Shown piece after piece: positions 9,874 through 23,402 of a DNA stretch of 64,000 nt. The DNA is from Eledone cirrhosa. Lineage: Eukaryota. Below the pieces are notes generated by a model. That model saw only the letters and a program-made list of their open reading frames with translations, was not told the DNA's origin and ran no database searches. Made by a program: the position numbers and the translations under genes. The DNA lies in NCBI GenBank assembly GCA_964016885.1, contig OZ024750.1, positions 50,530,001 to 50,594,000 of the forward strand, given 5' to 3'. Position 1 is the first letter of the stretch. Each line of letters starts with the position of its first letter.

Positions 9874-12800
9874 CTACAGGTTTATATACAGAGAAGGCCC
9901 AATCACTCGGGCCATTTTTGCCACATTCACCCACCTTTCAGTAAATTTACTCAGGTGCAGTGCCTCTCTCTCCAATCTGATTGTCCTTCTAAAGTAGTAT
10001 CTAAAGAAGGGAATGAGTTGTTGTCCGGTCCTCTCAATCTCGTCCACCATATAACCTCTTTTACCATAGCCACTGTACAGAGGAAAACTGCCTCTATTTC
10101 GTTTTTGAAAGACGTTGGCGGTTTGATCCTTACTATGGACTCGGCAGTCAATGTTTTTTGTCCCATACGCGACTGCACTTGTTCCGCCTAGTTCCTCAGG
10201 TCGGTTACGTCCGGGCAATGTACAATTGAGTGCAGGACGGTTTCAATGTCCTGCGCGCATCTTGGACATGTCCTCTTGGAAGGATCCCTGCCGGGGAGTC
10301 CGTGCCTGCAGATCTTGTCACTGGTAGAGCTTCTCGGTAACACTGCCAGGCCAGGGACTGGAAGTTGTCCATAGGTCCCGGGCGGAAAGTCCTACCAAAC
10401 ATACTGGTGAGCTCATCGTCTTTGACACCCAGAGTCTCTCTGAGCACGTCGTCACCCTTGTAATGTACAATCCTTCTATAGAATGTCGAAGTGGAGTCTC
10501 CACTGATTGCTGTGCCCGCTTGCCATAGGACTGTGAGCGCCTGAGCGCATTCAATGTGCCAGCCTTCCATTGTTTTCGGTCTTTTCTTGACCTGGACTGC
10601 AGCTCCGTCAGTGAGACGAGTTGCGGGAAAGCCTGTCTCACAAACAGTGCCCACACCGGTTGGGGGTCGGTGAGGAATAACTGGAGATGCCACATTCTCA
10701 GCGCATGTTTGCGCACAATCAGCTACGGCATTCCCAGCACTCCGTTAGAAGGGTGCTGACAGCAGACAGATCTCCTCACCAACGGAGCCTGCTTCTTCAA
10801 TAGAAACTTGAAGAGCATGCGTTCCATCTTGGCGATGTGTTCACGGGGGCAAGGCACGACAATCAAGCGGTAGTAGATGACGGACGCTATGAAAGTGTTC
10901 GCCATCTCCGCTCGACCTTTCAAGGATAGTTTGCATTCTGCCCACTTCTGTTTGAGTGCAAACACCTTGGCCGTGACCTCGTTCCAGTTTTTCTCCACCT
11001 GGATGTCTGGACCGAACCAGACCCCGAGAAATTTCCCCGGTCGGTCCGTCCAGCGTCCAACGACGCTGTCGGGCGACATTGGTTTGCCTCTCCATGTACG
11101 GAGTGGCAAACCGTCAGCCTTGTCCGGGTTAATTTTTCTCCCGTCAGCGTTTCGTATTCTTTCAGTAAGTTGCCGATCACCCCGATTTCCGGGGTGTTCG
11201 ACATTATTACCGTCACGTCGTCGGCATTAGGCGACGCCGCTTTGCGCAGTCCCGGTTCTAGAGGGGTGTCCTGCAACAGCTCCAATTACCGCAGTAGTGG
11301 CTCTAGAGTCAATACATACAGAATGGAGGAGAGAGGGCATTCCTGTCGAATGGAACGCGTGATTGCGAACGGCTCCGATAGGTAGCCTTTCACCTTGACC
11401 CTCGAGCAGATGCTGGTATGCATCGCCTCGATTCAGCCTCTGAAAACGGGGCCGAAACCAGCCGCCTTGAGATCCGCTTCCAAGTATCGATGGTCGACCC
11501 TCTCGAATGCCTTAGACTGATCCAAATTGATCAGAGCCCCACTGAAGCCTGGTTTACTACCCACCCTCTCTATGATGTATCGCATGAGGTGGAGGTTATC
11601 GTGTATGGACCTGGTCGGCATTGCACACGTTAGCACTTTCCCTACCAGGTTCCTGACGACAAACACCAACCTCGTCGCTAGCACCTTGGCCAAAATCTTT
11701 AACTCTGTGTTGAACAGAGTTATTGGCCTGAAGTTGTTAATTTCGTCCCCTTTGTTCTCGTCTTTCCTGATCTCCGTTCTGCTGCCAATTGCAGTAGACG
11801 GCTTCCAGGACGTCAGAGAACAAGTCCGGTATGCCTATGTACAACTCATAGGGTAGACCATCGAGACCGGGTGACTTGCGTTTCCCGCAGCGACCCAGAA
11901 CGTCCCGTATCTCAGTGTCCATGATCAGTCTTTCGCAGAACTTGGCGTCCGTGTTTGAGGGACGCGGCAGGCCATCGAGGTATGAACTAAAGTCATTGCT
12001 CCGTTCGGCTCACTGTCGTTCTGCTCAAACAGTCGCGCAAAATGCTGGTGAAAGGCCGCGCACATTTGCTTGGGGTCAAGTAGCACGCGTCCGTTTTGTT
12101 CTTTCAAAGACCGAATCGTGGACTTGTTGCCACTTCTTGCCTCTGCCACTCGGGCCCAGCTGACAGCCTTCGCTCCTTCGTTTCCTAGAGCAGGTGTTTT
12201 GCTTCTGACCACGCAGCGTTCGTGTTTTGCTTCTGACCACGCAGCGTTCGTGTTTTGCGTAGAAGAACTGATCCAGTGCTGTTCTCGTTGCTAGCACTCT
12301 AGCCGCGTTGCCACTTCTAATTGTCTGCTCTACCTTGGCTACTAGCACTCTTTCTATTTTCTTTTTCTATAAGGCTAACTCTCTGCTAAACCCTATCGAT
12401 TCTACTATAACTGCTTTCTTGAGAGAGTACCACCATCTATTATTGACGATGGCTCCCGTTAACTGTTGCTTGACTAGTCTACTTATTCGTTCACTATAAC
12501 CTTTACGTGCCGGCAACGACACGTTCAGCTTCCAGTATCCGGGTCCCTGTCTATGTGTTCTATCACGGTTGACTATACAGACGACTAATCGGTGATATGA
12601 ATAGGCAACCATGTGCATTTGTGGACAGCTTAACATCTTGTCTCTTTCTCTAATGAAGAACCTATCTAAATACGATCTAGATGTCCCACTGCGGTTTGCC
12701 CACGTCCACTGTGGTGCAGTCGGGGAATCCAGTCGATATCTATCGGCCAGTTGGAAATGGCCGATTAATGTTTTGAAGCTGTTGCACCCCCACCCCCTCC

Positions 12801-13254
12801 ACTGGGACATGATCCTGCATAATCCCATCGTGAATCTAGGATACTATTCCAGTCCCCCACTAAAAGCAAAGAGCGAGACGTTCCCAGAAAAGACTCTAGA
12901 CGCTTGAAGATGTCTGGCCGCGATTGTCCAGTCGGAGCATAAACGGCCACCAGTCTGAAGGCTCCAGCTCCAACACTCTTCACATCTAGGACTTCCAGTC
13001 GCCCCTCCGGGTCCTAATGTACTTGATGTATTTCGATGTCCAGTTTTTTCCGAAACATAACAGCTACTCACACTCCACCTCCTGGCTGACAGAGAGATGC
13101 GTAGATCCCAAAAGTCGTCGAAGATGCTGCCTGTTGTGGATCCTGGACAAGGTGATGGCTACCACATCTATATCGTGTGACTTAAGAGTTTGCCCTGTTT
13201 CCAGGGCATCTCTAGGCCACGCACATTCACACTTCCAACTCGTAAATCAGCCAT
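9874..13254 (-). pseudogene. Tx1 ORF2 (APE endonuclease + RT + C-terminal Cys region), multiply disrupted
   Basis: MADLRVGSVNVRGL, LVAVYAP, LVGDWN, SYLDRFF, PGYWKLN, KSPGLDGLPYE, DQSKAFERVDH, ADDVTV, KFLGVWF. Confidence 0.9.
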
Positions 13255-13297
13255 GTTGGTGTAGAAGAGTAGGAAAAACAAGGACGAATGGATGCAC

Positions 13298-15199
13298 TTA
13301 CTTTTGCGTTTGCTGAAGATCGGGTTGTTCGATCTCCATTTCAGTGTTGGTGGGGGTGTTGAGTGGGGTGGGGAAACATTTCAACAGCACACAGTTTATT
13401 ATTTTTTGGCATGGGTTGCCAACGTCCTGTGAAAATTGGTTCTTTAATTTTTAGTAGGTTCTACCGGAACCCTTATTAGTTTTAGGTGTGGTGCAGTGTC
13501 AGATTTTACAAATGTTTTCCCCTCAGTTTCCACTTTGGTGTCCGGCGAGATGATCACCATTAAATGTTTATTGTTGGTGTTGATGTATGTATATTGTTGT
13601 TTTTGTTTTGGTTGTGTTGTTTTAGATTGTTTGTTGTTCGTCTGTGTGTTTTCTTTTTTTGTGTTTGGGGTGGTGTTGGTGTTTGTTTTGTTGGTAAGGG
13701 GAGGTTTGGTTGTGGTGTTGTTTGTGTTGTTGTTTGTGTCTGTGGTTGTGTGTTGGTGCTGGTCATTGAAGCGTTTTGGGTTTTGCGGTGTCTATTTTTT
13801 TGTTTTTTGGATTTCCGAGGCTCTACTTCTTCACTTAAAGAAGAATTAGCCTCATCCGTCGATGAATGATCATCGTCAGGAGAGTGGGGTAGGGGAATGT
13901 TGTGTGGTGTTTCGGTGTGGGCGTTTGTGCTAATGCTTGATGGAGTGGGATGTGGTGTGGATGTGTTCTTCAGAGGTATTGTCTGTGTTTTTTCTGTTGT
14001 TGTTGGTTGAGTGTCTATTTGTTTTGCTGTGTTTGCTCGTTTCGTCTGTTGTTGTACTTGTGGTGGTGGTTGTTTTGGTATTGGTGTTGGTGTTGGTGAT
14101 AATGTTTTTTTTTATGATGTTGTTGTGGTGTTTTTGTGAAGGACAGGAGTCATTTAGGTGTGCTGTGCTACCACAGCGAAAGCAACGAGGTTTACACCCT
14201 TCCAAGGAAATGTTATCTTGTTATTGTCGTCGATGTCGACTTTTTCGGGTATTTTGGAGATTCTCTCCGGCCTCATCTACATCAGAATCTCCAAATCAGT
14301 ACCCGCCCACTTCTGTCTAATAGACTTCCGTACCGAAAGAATAGCATCAGTCTCTGGCTCCACGAAGCCAGGCAAGATCCACCAGTTGTTAATGTTTGGT
14401 GGTATATTTTTTTTTTGCGTCCTGTTTCCCATGTACGTAGGGAAAACGGTGAATGCTTTTGACACCATTGATGTCACAGAAAGTTTTGGGGCGAGTGCCT
14501 CGCTTTTAAACAGTACGGAAATACTTCTCTACTGTCTTCCTCGTTGAAGAAAGTCAATATTTTCTAGAGTTTCCTTGAAGGTGGCTTCTATGTCTCCTTG
14601 ACTCACAAATACTGGCTTTCTCGTTGTGTTTGAGACAGTACTGAAGGTCACTGTCCTTCGAACCGTATCTTCTTTTATTTCGAGGGGTGAGTTGATTCTA
14701 AACCCACCCTCCTCTTCGATAGTTACAAATGTTCTCCCTTACTGGAGCATATCCCTTGTATTAGAGATGTCAAGATTTATAAAATTTTGTTTCTTGTTCA
14801 CTGTTTCAGCGAAAGACATTTTTCTGTGTTGTTGCTGTTGTTGTCATTGTCAGCCTCGGTATTAGAAATCTCAATTTCTTGACGAGGTGAAACTTTATCT
14901 ATAGATGTATCCATGGAGTTGTTGTTGTTGGCTATTTCATGTGTATGTATATGAATAGGTTTAATTTCTGAGTTTTCTGTTTTTTTCTGTGTATGTTGTG
15001 TGTTATTTTTCTCAGCTTTCACGGTAGAAATTTTTAAATGTTCAAGTGCCAATATTTCTTCGTTGTTGACTGTCGTATCCATGACGACGTCCATAGTGTC
15101 AGAAGCAGACATAACGTTAATATCTGCCTTACTACCTCTCTTCTCTCTGTTAACATTCTTCGGCGTTCTTCCCGAGTCACTCATTTTTATAGTCGGCAA
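13298..15199 (-). pseudogene. Tx1 ORF1 (gag-like CCHC knuckle), frameshifted
   Basis: EGCKPRCFRCGSTAHLNDSC knuckle and T/N-rich linkers; homologous to ORF1 at 46754-48746. Confidence 0.8.
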
Positions 15200-15698
15200 A
15201 ATTAGATTTTTTTTTATTTTAACAATATTTAAATTAAATGTTCGAAATGTTCGAAAGGAGCGAAAAATGGGATTGCCAGCCAGCTGACAATTCAGCTTGG
15301 GGCTTAATCTACAAAATGATATATTTTTTCAAACAATTAGTCCAGCTTTTTGTATAGAAATTTACAAAAAAGCTTACCAGCGACGTTCCACGCGTCAGGT
15401 AGAGATAGATAGATAGATAGATAGATAGGTAGATAGGTAGATAGATTGATTGATTGATTGATTTATTGATTGCTTGATTGATTGATAGAGGGAGATACAT
15501 TTGGACAGATACAGAGATAGAGGATAAGAAAAAGAGAGAATCATACGAAAAGGTCAATGATGGATAGAATGGTTAATGTTGTTTCTCTATTGATTGATAA
15601 CACTTGACTTATAAATCATTGGTGGTGGCCATCTGGAAAGGCTGGATGATAACAACAAGAGAAACAATAGTAGCATGGAGTTGTGTGACTGGTTGCTT

Positions 15699-15742
15699 TT
15701 ATTTGAGACGGAGGAATATAGCGAAGGAGATACTTCTATGAT
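15699..15742 (-). CDS. Host gene exon 5 (last): (D)HRSISFAIFLRLK*
   Basis: Acceptor ttgttacttccAG. Phase 1 matches the exon 4 donor. The stop codon TAA overlaps an AATAAA. Confidence 0.75.
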
Positions 15743-15774
15743 CTGGAAGTAACAACAACAATAAAACAACATCT

Positions 15775-18528
15775 ATAATAGCAACAATAATAATAACAAC
15801 ATCAATAATAGAAACAGTAATAATAACAACCACAACAACGGTAATAACAGTAATAAGAACAGTAATAATAATAACATTAATAATAAGAACAGTAATAAGA
15901 ACAGTAATAATAAGAACAGTAATAACAACAGTAATAATAACAGTAATAACAATAACATTAATAATAACAACAGTAATAATAAGAACAGTAATAACAACAG
16001 TAATAACAACAGTAATAACAATAACATTAATAATAACAACAGTAATAATAAGAACAGTAATAACAACAGTAATAACAAGAACAGTAATAATAACAACAGT
16101 AATAACAACAGTAATAATAAGAACAGTAATAACAACAGTAATAACAAGAACAGTAATAATAACAACAGTAATAACAACAGTAATAATAAGAACAGTAATA
16201 ACAACAGTAATAACAAGAACAGTAATAATAACAACAGTAATAACAACAGTAATAATAAGAACAGTAATAACAACAGTAATAACAAGAACAGTAATAATAA
16301 CAACAGTAATAACAACAGTAATAATAAGAACAGTAATAACAACAGTAATAACAAGAACAGTAATAATAACAACAGTAATAACAACAGTAATAACAACAAC
16401 AGTAATAATAACAACAGTAATAACAACAACAGTAATAACAAGAACAGTAATAATAACAACAGTAATAATAACAACAGTAATAACAACAGTAATAACAACA
16501 GTAATAACAAGAACAGTAATAACAACAGTAATAACAACAGTAATAACAACAGTAATAATAACAAGAGTAATAACAACAACAGTAATAACAAGAACAGTAA
16601 TAATAACAACAGTAATAATAACAACAGTAATAAGAACAACAGTAATATTAACAACAGTAATAACAACAGTAATAACAACGACAGTAATAACAACATTAAT
16701 AACAACAGTAATAACAACAGTAATAACAACAACAGTAATAACAACAGTAATAAAACAGTAATAACAACAGTAATAACAACAGTAATAACAACAGTAATAA
16801 CAACAGTAATAATAACAACAGTAATAACAATAACATTAATTATAACAACAGTAATAATAAGAACAGTAATAACAACAGTAATAATAACAACAGTAATAAC
16901 AACAACAGTAATAAGAACAGTAATAATAACAACAGTAATAACAACAGTAATAATAACAACAGTAATAACAACAGTAATAACAACAACAGTAATAATAACA
17001 ACAGTAATAATAGCAGTAATAACAAGAACAGTAATAATAACAACAGTAATAACAACAGTAATAACAACAGTAATAACAACAGTAATAACAACAGTAATAA
17101 TAACAACAGTAATAACAATAACATTAATAATAACAACAGTAATAATAATAACAGTAATAACAACAGTAATGATAACAGCAGTAATAACAACAACAGTAAT
17201 AACAACAGTAATAATAACAACAGTAATAACAACAACAGTAATAACAAAAACAACAGTAATAATAACAACAGTAATAACAACACCAGTGATAACAACAACA
17301 ACAACAACAGTAATAACAACAACAACAGTAACAACAACAACAGTAATAACAACAACAACAGTAATAACAACAACAGTAATAACAACAACAGTAATAACAA
17401 CAGTAATAACAACAGTAATAACAACAGTAATAACAACAGTAATAATAACAACAGTAATAACAACAGTAATAATAACAACAGTAATAACAACAGTAATAAC
17501 AACAACAGTAATAATAACAACAGTAATAATAACAGTAATAACAAGAACAGTAATAATAACAACAGTAATAATAACAAAAGTAATAACAACAGTGATAAGA
17601 ACAGTAATAACAACAGTAATAACAACAGTAATAACAACAGCAATAACAACAGTAATAACAACAGTAATAACAACATTAATAATAACAACAGTAATAATAA
17701 GAACAGTAATAACAAGAGTAATAATAACAACAGTAATAACAACAACAGTAATAACAACAGTAATAATAACAACAGTAATAACAACAACAGTAATAACAAC
17801 AACAACAGTAATAATAACAACAGTAATAACAACAACAGTCATAACAACAACAACAGTAATAACAACAACAGTAATAACAACAACAGTAATAATAACAACA
17901 ACAGTAATAACAACAACAGTAATAACAACAGTAATAATAACAACAGTAATAACAACAACAGTAATAACAACAACAACAGTAATAACAACAACAACAGTAA
18001 TAACAACAACAGTAATAACAACAAAAACAGTAATAACAACAACAACAGTAATAACAACAACAGTAATAACAACAGTAATAATAACAACAGTAATAACAAC
18101 AACAGTAATAACAACAACAACAGTAATAACAACAACAGTAATAACAACAACAACAGTAATAACAACAACAGTAACAACAACAACAACAGTAATAACAACA
18201 ACAACAGTAATAACAACAACAGTAATAACAACAACAGTAATAACAACAACAGTAATAATAACAACAGTAATAACAACAACAGTAATAACAACAGTAATAA
18301 TAACAACAGTAATAACAACAACAGTAATAACAACAACAACAGTAATAACAACAACAACAGTAATAACAACAACAGTAATAACAACAACAACAGTAATAAT
18401 AACAACAGTAATAACAACAACAGTAATAACAACAACAGTAATAACAACAGTAATAACAACAACAGTAATAACAACAACAGTAATAATAACAACAGTAATA
18501 ACAACAACAGTAATAACAACAGTAATAA
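15775..18528. repeat. ~2.75-kb AAT/AAC/AGT triplet-based minisatellite (units such as ACAGTAATAACA; local ~60-bp higher-order repeats)
   Basis: Direct inspection. It abuts the 3' tail of the SINE at 18528-18713. Confidence 0.95.
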
Positions 18529-18713
18529 TTGTTTATAATATTGGCACAAGGCCAGCAATGCCCAGGACATTACTGGTACTTTATTTTATCGACCCCGTAG
18601 GGATGAAAGGCAAAGTTAATCTCGGCGGGATTTGAAAATGACCGCAAAGGGCCATAACTCTATGCTGCAAGGCATTGTGTCTGACGCTCTACCGATACTG
18701 CCAATGTACCACC
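18528..18713 (-). mobile_element. tRNA-derived SINE (Meta-domain-like core)
   Basis: A box TGGCAGTATCGG, degenerate B box, core CTTTGCCTTTCATCC..GGGGTCGATAAAATAAAGTACC, 3' end GGCCTTGTGCCAA. Confidence 0.85.
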
Positions 18714-18738
18714 AACAGTAATAATAACAACAGTAATA

Positions 18739-19410
18739 ATTGTTTCTACTTTTGGCACAAGGCCAGCACTTATGCAGTGCATTACTGGTACTTTATTTCA
18801 TCGACCCCGCAAGTCTGGTCGTTTTCATGCATTAGCATCAAGACCAAGCTCCGCCTGTACAAGAGCATCGTGCTGCCGACATTGCTTTGTGCGAGCTATA
18901 CATGGAAGAGTACGGCAAAAATAGAGAGACGGCTGAATGTTTTCCACCAGCGGTGTCTGCGAAAGATCCTTCGTGTGTCCTGGCGCGACCGAGTGCGAAA
19001 CGAGGAGATCCTGCGGAGAGCCGAGACGTGGACGCTACAGAGCATGCTCTCGGAGCGTCGGTGCCGTCTGGCTGGCTGCCATACTCTGCGTCTGCCAAAT
19101 GTACGGCATTCGAAAACAGGAGATGAACTGGACTCCGCTGAAAAAGATCACTCTGCGACGGACGTTCCGGAAGGACCTGATGGCAGACAACATCACCTGG
19201 CACGGTCTCGATAAAGTTGCCGCTGATCGTGACCGTTAGCGATCACTTACTGCTCGATGCGCCGAACGGCGCGGAAGAATCTAAAACTAAGACTAAGGAT
19301 GAAAGGTAAAGTTAACCTCGGCGGGATTTGAACTCAGAATGGCAAGGGCCGTAACTCTATGCGTCAAAGCATGGCGTCCGATTCTCTACCGATACTGCCA
19401 ATTCACCGCC
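18739..19410 (-). mobile_element. SINE copy split by an RTE insertion (a further 3' fragment lies at 19426-19462)
   Basis: SINE halves 18739-18812 and ~19296-19410 rejoin at GACCCCGCAAG/GATGAAAGG. Confidence 0.8.
18813..19297 (+). mobile_element. RTE-clade LINE 3' fragment
   Basis: ISIKTKLRLYKSIVLPTLL..LNVFHQRCLRKILRVSWRDRVRNEEILRRA, followed by a short-repeat tail CTAAAACTAAGACTAAG. Confidence 0.85.
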
Positions 19411-19518
19411 CTACTACTGCTAATAATTGTTTCTACTTTTGGCACAAGGCCAGCAATTATCCCACTACTACTAATAATGATAACACACACAAACAAAGTA
19501 AAATAGAAGATGAACTAC

Positions 19519-19658
19519 CATTGTGCCAAGTATCTGCATTATAAAGTGTCGGGTAATGTGATTGAAGGGCCCAATAACTACCTTTGAATTCCAGGATAAC
19601 CGTCCACCTACTTTCTCTTTGAAGTTTATTTGATAAAGCAATATAGAATCGACTTTTG
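19519..19658 (-). CDS. Host gene exon 4: (S)KSRFYIALSNKLQRESRWTVILEFKGSYWALQSHYPTLYNADTWHN
   Basis: Acceptor tcttctgtttcAG, phase 2 in. Donor G|GTAGTT (weak), phase 1 out. 140 nt, open frame. Confidence 0.75.
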
Positions 19659-19776
19659 CTGAAACAGAAGATAAGAGAATTAACTTCTAGTTTTGAGAAC
19701 AAAATCTAGGGTTTAGGAATTGTGCATGGACATAGTCTTGTGAAATATTTTAAGGTTTAGATTTGTGAAATAATTT

Positions 19777-20265
19777 AAGGTCACAACCCCCGGCCCGCGA
19801 AGGATTTTTGTCTCGCCGACCAACAGGTTTCAATCTTAGGTTAAGCGTTCAATGAAAAAAGTGCTCTGAATTATTTTCGATTAGAATACCAACTAGAGAA
19901 CACGTCTAGCCACAAGATTCACAAAGCTGATCGTAAAGTGTTGCATGACTAACAAACAGGCAAAAACAAGTGTCTCATTAAACAATTTACCATTTTTGCC
20001 TGTATTTTATTTGTAGTAAGGAATGTCATTAAAGTAATATCACATAAAATTCATTGCTCTTCTTTAAATCCCGGGCTTAAGGCAGCCTTCTGGACAGAGC
20101 AGGCTAAGGTCGAGAAAATGTATTATACTTTGATATCATGGGCCACAGACGAGACACTGCATAGCAATGTGACCCGCAGACGAGACACTGCATAGATATG
20201 TGGGCTGCATACGAGACCCTGCATAGCTATGTGGCCCGCACACCCCAAAATGTTGCCGACCTCTG
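19777..20265 (+). mobile_element. Non-autonomous hAT-type DNA transposon derivative
   Basis: 3' TIR-like GTTGCCGACCTCTG, degenerate 5' AAGGTCACAACC, subterminal GGCCCGC motifs, ~31-bp internal tandem repeats (20135-20240), and a transposase C-terminal remnant ending QVSH*. Confidence 0.65.
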
Positions 20266-20459
20266 GTTTAGGAAATATATGTAGACATAGCTTTTAGTTT
20301 TGTGAAAATATCTAAGGTTTATAAAATGTGTATGGACATAACTTAAGGTTTAGAAAATATGTATTGATGTGCATGGATGTATTGGATGGAACGAAACCAG
20401 TTTTATATATATATATATATATAGAAAACTGGAACTAAACATTTTTCGTCATCTTCTTC

Positions 20460-21990
20460 TGGGCTTGCAGCTCGGCACCTGGAGAAGCAAGTCCATGTCG
20501 TCCAACAGCGTCGTTGGACGCTGGATTGATGGACCGGTAAAGTTGCTCGGGGTTTGATAGGCCTAGACCTCCAGATGGATAAGAATTGGGACGAGGTGAC
20601 GGGCAGGGTAGCCAGTAACACCCAAAAATGGGCTCGAGAGAGCTGTCACTGAAAGGTCGGGTGGAGGTGGCAAATGCGTACATTACATCTGACATCAACT
20701 ACCGCCCGAGCGTCGTCCCTTGCCCCCGTCCGCACCTCGCCAAGTTGTATCGACCCATCTTCAACTTTTTTGTGCAGAGGACAGTTTCCGTTGGTGAGGC
20801 GATCCAACTGCTGCCAGCACCCTCTACGCGGAGGGCTGGACATGCCGTGGCTAATGATGCGGAGACATACACTGAGGTTGCGACATCTCCAGATATTCTT
20901 TCTAAACGGTGAACAGGTGTGGTCGCCGTTTATCAGATGGGCCTTTCCGTAGCTCGTTTCTTTGATTGAGCTGCAGTCTTGAGTCAAGAAGACACCAATA
21001 GTGGGTGACTGGTACCTGGAATGTTGTCAGGCATTCACTGCCCTCTATCAAGCGGGAAATGGGATCAGTGGAACTTCCACTCTCGGGTTCTATAGAGGAT
21101 TAGTGCTGGTCAAGTGCGATGACACACGGAGAAGCTTTGGTCCTCGACGAAGTCGAGCAGACCAGTCTGTTCCGGCGGACTTTCGAGCCGGGTACGATGG
21201 ACAATTTCCAAAAATCCCTCGCTTGGCAGTGTAACCGAGGGGCACTGCCGGTTCGGGATAAACTCTATAGGCAGGGAAGTGCTGTCAGACGGACCTGTCC
21301 GAGATGCGCACAGAGCGACGAAACTGTTCTGCACGCACTTGGCCAATGTCCGTGTATTACTGACTTGTGGAATTATGTCGAACAGCTATTGTCGCCTGTA
21401 GAACAGATCCGGCTATCGGCCAAATCCATAGTAAATATCAAACCGCCGCCTTGCTTTGGTCAGGAAGAGCAGGTAATGTTCCTCTGTCTGGTGCCAGTTG
21501 CGAAAGAGATTATATGGTGGACCAGATTGAAAGGATTGAAGGCAGACACTTTTCTCTTCGGCCAATCCCTCATCAACTTCTTCAAGTTTCACTTGGAAAG
21601 GAAGGTGAGGGTGGAGAGAGAAGAGCTCCCCACCCCCTAGTACATTTGCTAAAAGTTGGATGAATGTGGCGAGAATGGCTCGTGTGACCATGCGCCTATA
21701 GGCTAGCTAATTTGTGGAGGAGAGGGGTGCTCTCCCTGGGTGCCCTAGAAGCTCAGGGTGGTTAAGGATTGGTGGGGTACCTGAGTCACCCCTGAGTCGT
21801 CCACCGCCATATAGGGAAATTTATTTTATTATATTTATACATAATTTATTTTATATTTTTCATATCTTCATTGTTAAATTAGTCTTGCCATTGTGCACTT
21901 TTACTCGACCTTATTGTAAACTCCCGCCCCACTGTATGTGTCTTTGTATGGCCCCTACATATCGGCCCTTGTGGCCAATAAATTTAATCA
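20460..21990 (+). mobile_element. L1/Tx1 LINE 3' fragment
   Basis: LSLKGRVEVANAYI, CCQHPLRGGL, MDNFQKSLAWQC, CPRCAQSDETVLH; 3' end GGCCCTTGTGGCCAATAAA followed by a (TTA/TCA)n tail. Confidence 0.9.
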
Positions 21991-22075
21991 TTATTATCAT
22001 CATTATTATTATCTTCTTCTTCTTCTTCTTCTTCTTCTTCTTCTTCTTCTTCTTCTTCTTCTTCTTCTTCTTCTT

Positions 22076-22620
22076 GAGAGGGTCATGGCGGCAGAGTTCT
22101 CAAACACCCCTTCTAGCGGGTCCTCTCAAAATCAACCATCTCCAAATTAATATCTGTCCAGCGATTCTTCTCCTGAGCCATTCTAACCCCATGTCTGTAA
22201 TATCCGAGGTGTGACCTCTCAATTCGGAGAAGTAGCGGCTCTACCAGAGAGTAACTCTCTAATCTCCAAGCTACACCCTTTATCGAGTATTCGAAAGTAT
22301 TCGCGATCATATTCTTGCGGTCATTACCCAAGATTCATGACCATAGATAAAGGTTGGTATGAATACCGAATTGAATATAGCGAGCTTGGCTTATACTCCT
22401 ACCTCCCTTTTTCTGGTTACTGAATGCTGAAGCTGGCACATTATTGCATTAGCTCCTGCAATCCTTGCACTTATTTCAGCCTCCTGCCTTCCATCACTCA
22501 TGATCACGTCCCCGAGATACTTAAACGTCTCTACCTGCTTCTGTAGAGCTCCTCTCATATGTAGAGTCTACTGCGCAGACTTCCTTGAGTGGACGAACCT
22601 GTCAGTGTTCGCAACACTGA
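22076..22620 (-). mobile_element. RTE-clade LINE 3' fragment with (GAA)n tail (22012-22075)
   Basis: Minus-strand translation KQVETFKYLGDVIMSDGRQEAEISARI..AIFNSVFIPTFIYGHESWVM. Confidence 0.75.
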
Positions 22621-22832
22621 TTTTCAGTGAAGCCGAACTTGCTATTAACTAAAATGTTTGCACTCTGAACTACTCATTGCAGTTACATTACTGGAATCTA
22701 GCAGATTTATTGAGCGAGCTAGACGTTGGTCGGGGACCGTTGGGTTAATATCAACGATCTTCATAATTAAACACAATGAAATATATATCAAAAAATTTAA
22801 TGTGAATATATTAAAGATAGATATAAATAGAT

Positions 22833-23377
22833 AATTGGTTCTACTTTTGGCACAAGGCCAGCAATTATCGCAGTGTATTACTGGTACTTTATTTTATCGA
22901 CCCCGTAAGGATGAAAGGCAAAGTTAACCTCAGCGGGATTTGAACTCAGATTGGAAAGGGCCGTAACTCTATGCGTCAAAGCATGGTGTCCCACCCTCTA
23001 CCGATACTACCAATCCACCGCCATTAAATAAATAATTGTTTCTACTTTAGGCACAAGGCCAGCAATTACCCAGTGCATTACTGGTACTTTATTTTATCGA
23101 CCCCGTAAGGATGAAAGGCAAAGTCAACCTCGGCGGGATTTGGTCTCAGAATGGCAAAATAATGGTTTCTGATGTACGCACAAGGCCAACAAATTTTGGG
23201 AGTGGACGTCGATTAAATCGACCCTATTGCGTTACTGGTACCTTATTTTATCAACACCGTAAAGATGAAAGGCAAAAGCTAACCCCAACGAGATTTGAAA
23301 TTAGAACGTAAAGGCTCGTAACTCTATGCCATGAAACATGTTGTCCGACGCTCTAGCGATTCTGCCAATCCACCGCT
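22833..23377 (-). mobile_element. Three tandem SINE copies (22833-23022, 23034-23157 truncated, 23161-23377 diverged)
   Basis: Repeated TGGCACAAGGCCAGCAATT...GACCCCGTAAGGATGAAAGGCAAAG...GGATTTGAACTC...CCAATCCACCGCC on the + strand. Confidence 0.85.
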
Positions 23378-23402
23378 CTATTGTGTAATAATAATAACAT
23401 AC

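Larger units (their letters stand above)
9639..15400 (-). mobile_element. Full-length degraded L1/Tx1-clade LINE in a (GATA)n tract
   Basis: ORF1 and ORF2 remnants. The 3' end reads CTTGTGGCTAATAAAGAAATC(TATC)n, and (GATA)n is also present at the 5' boundary. Confidence 0.9.

Noticed and set aside
15773-18635. Long poly-L and ITTV ORFs (up to 689 aa)
   Set aside because: Artefacts of the triplet satellite, which lies in a host intron.
21960-21985. U2 snRNA similarity (TCGGCCCTTGTGGCCAA vs U2 5' end), suggesting a U2-targeting Tx1
   Set aside because: Short imperfect match explained by the element's own 3' stem-loop; no further U2 sequence.
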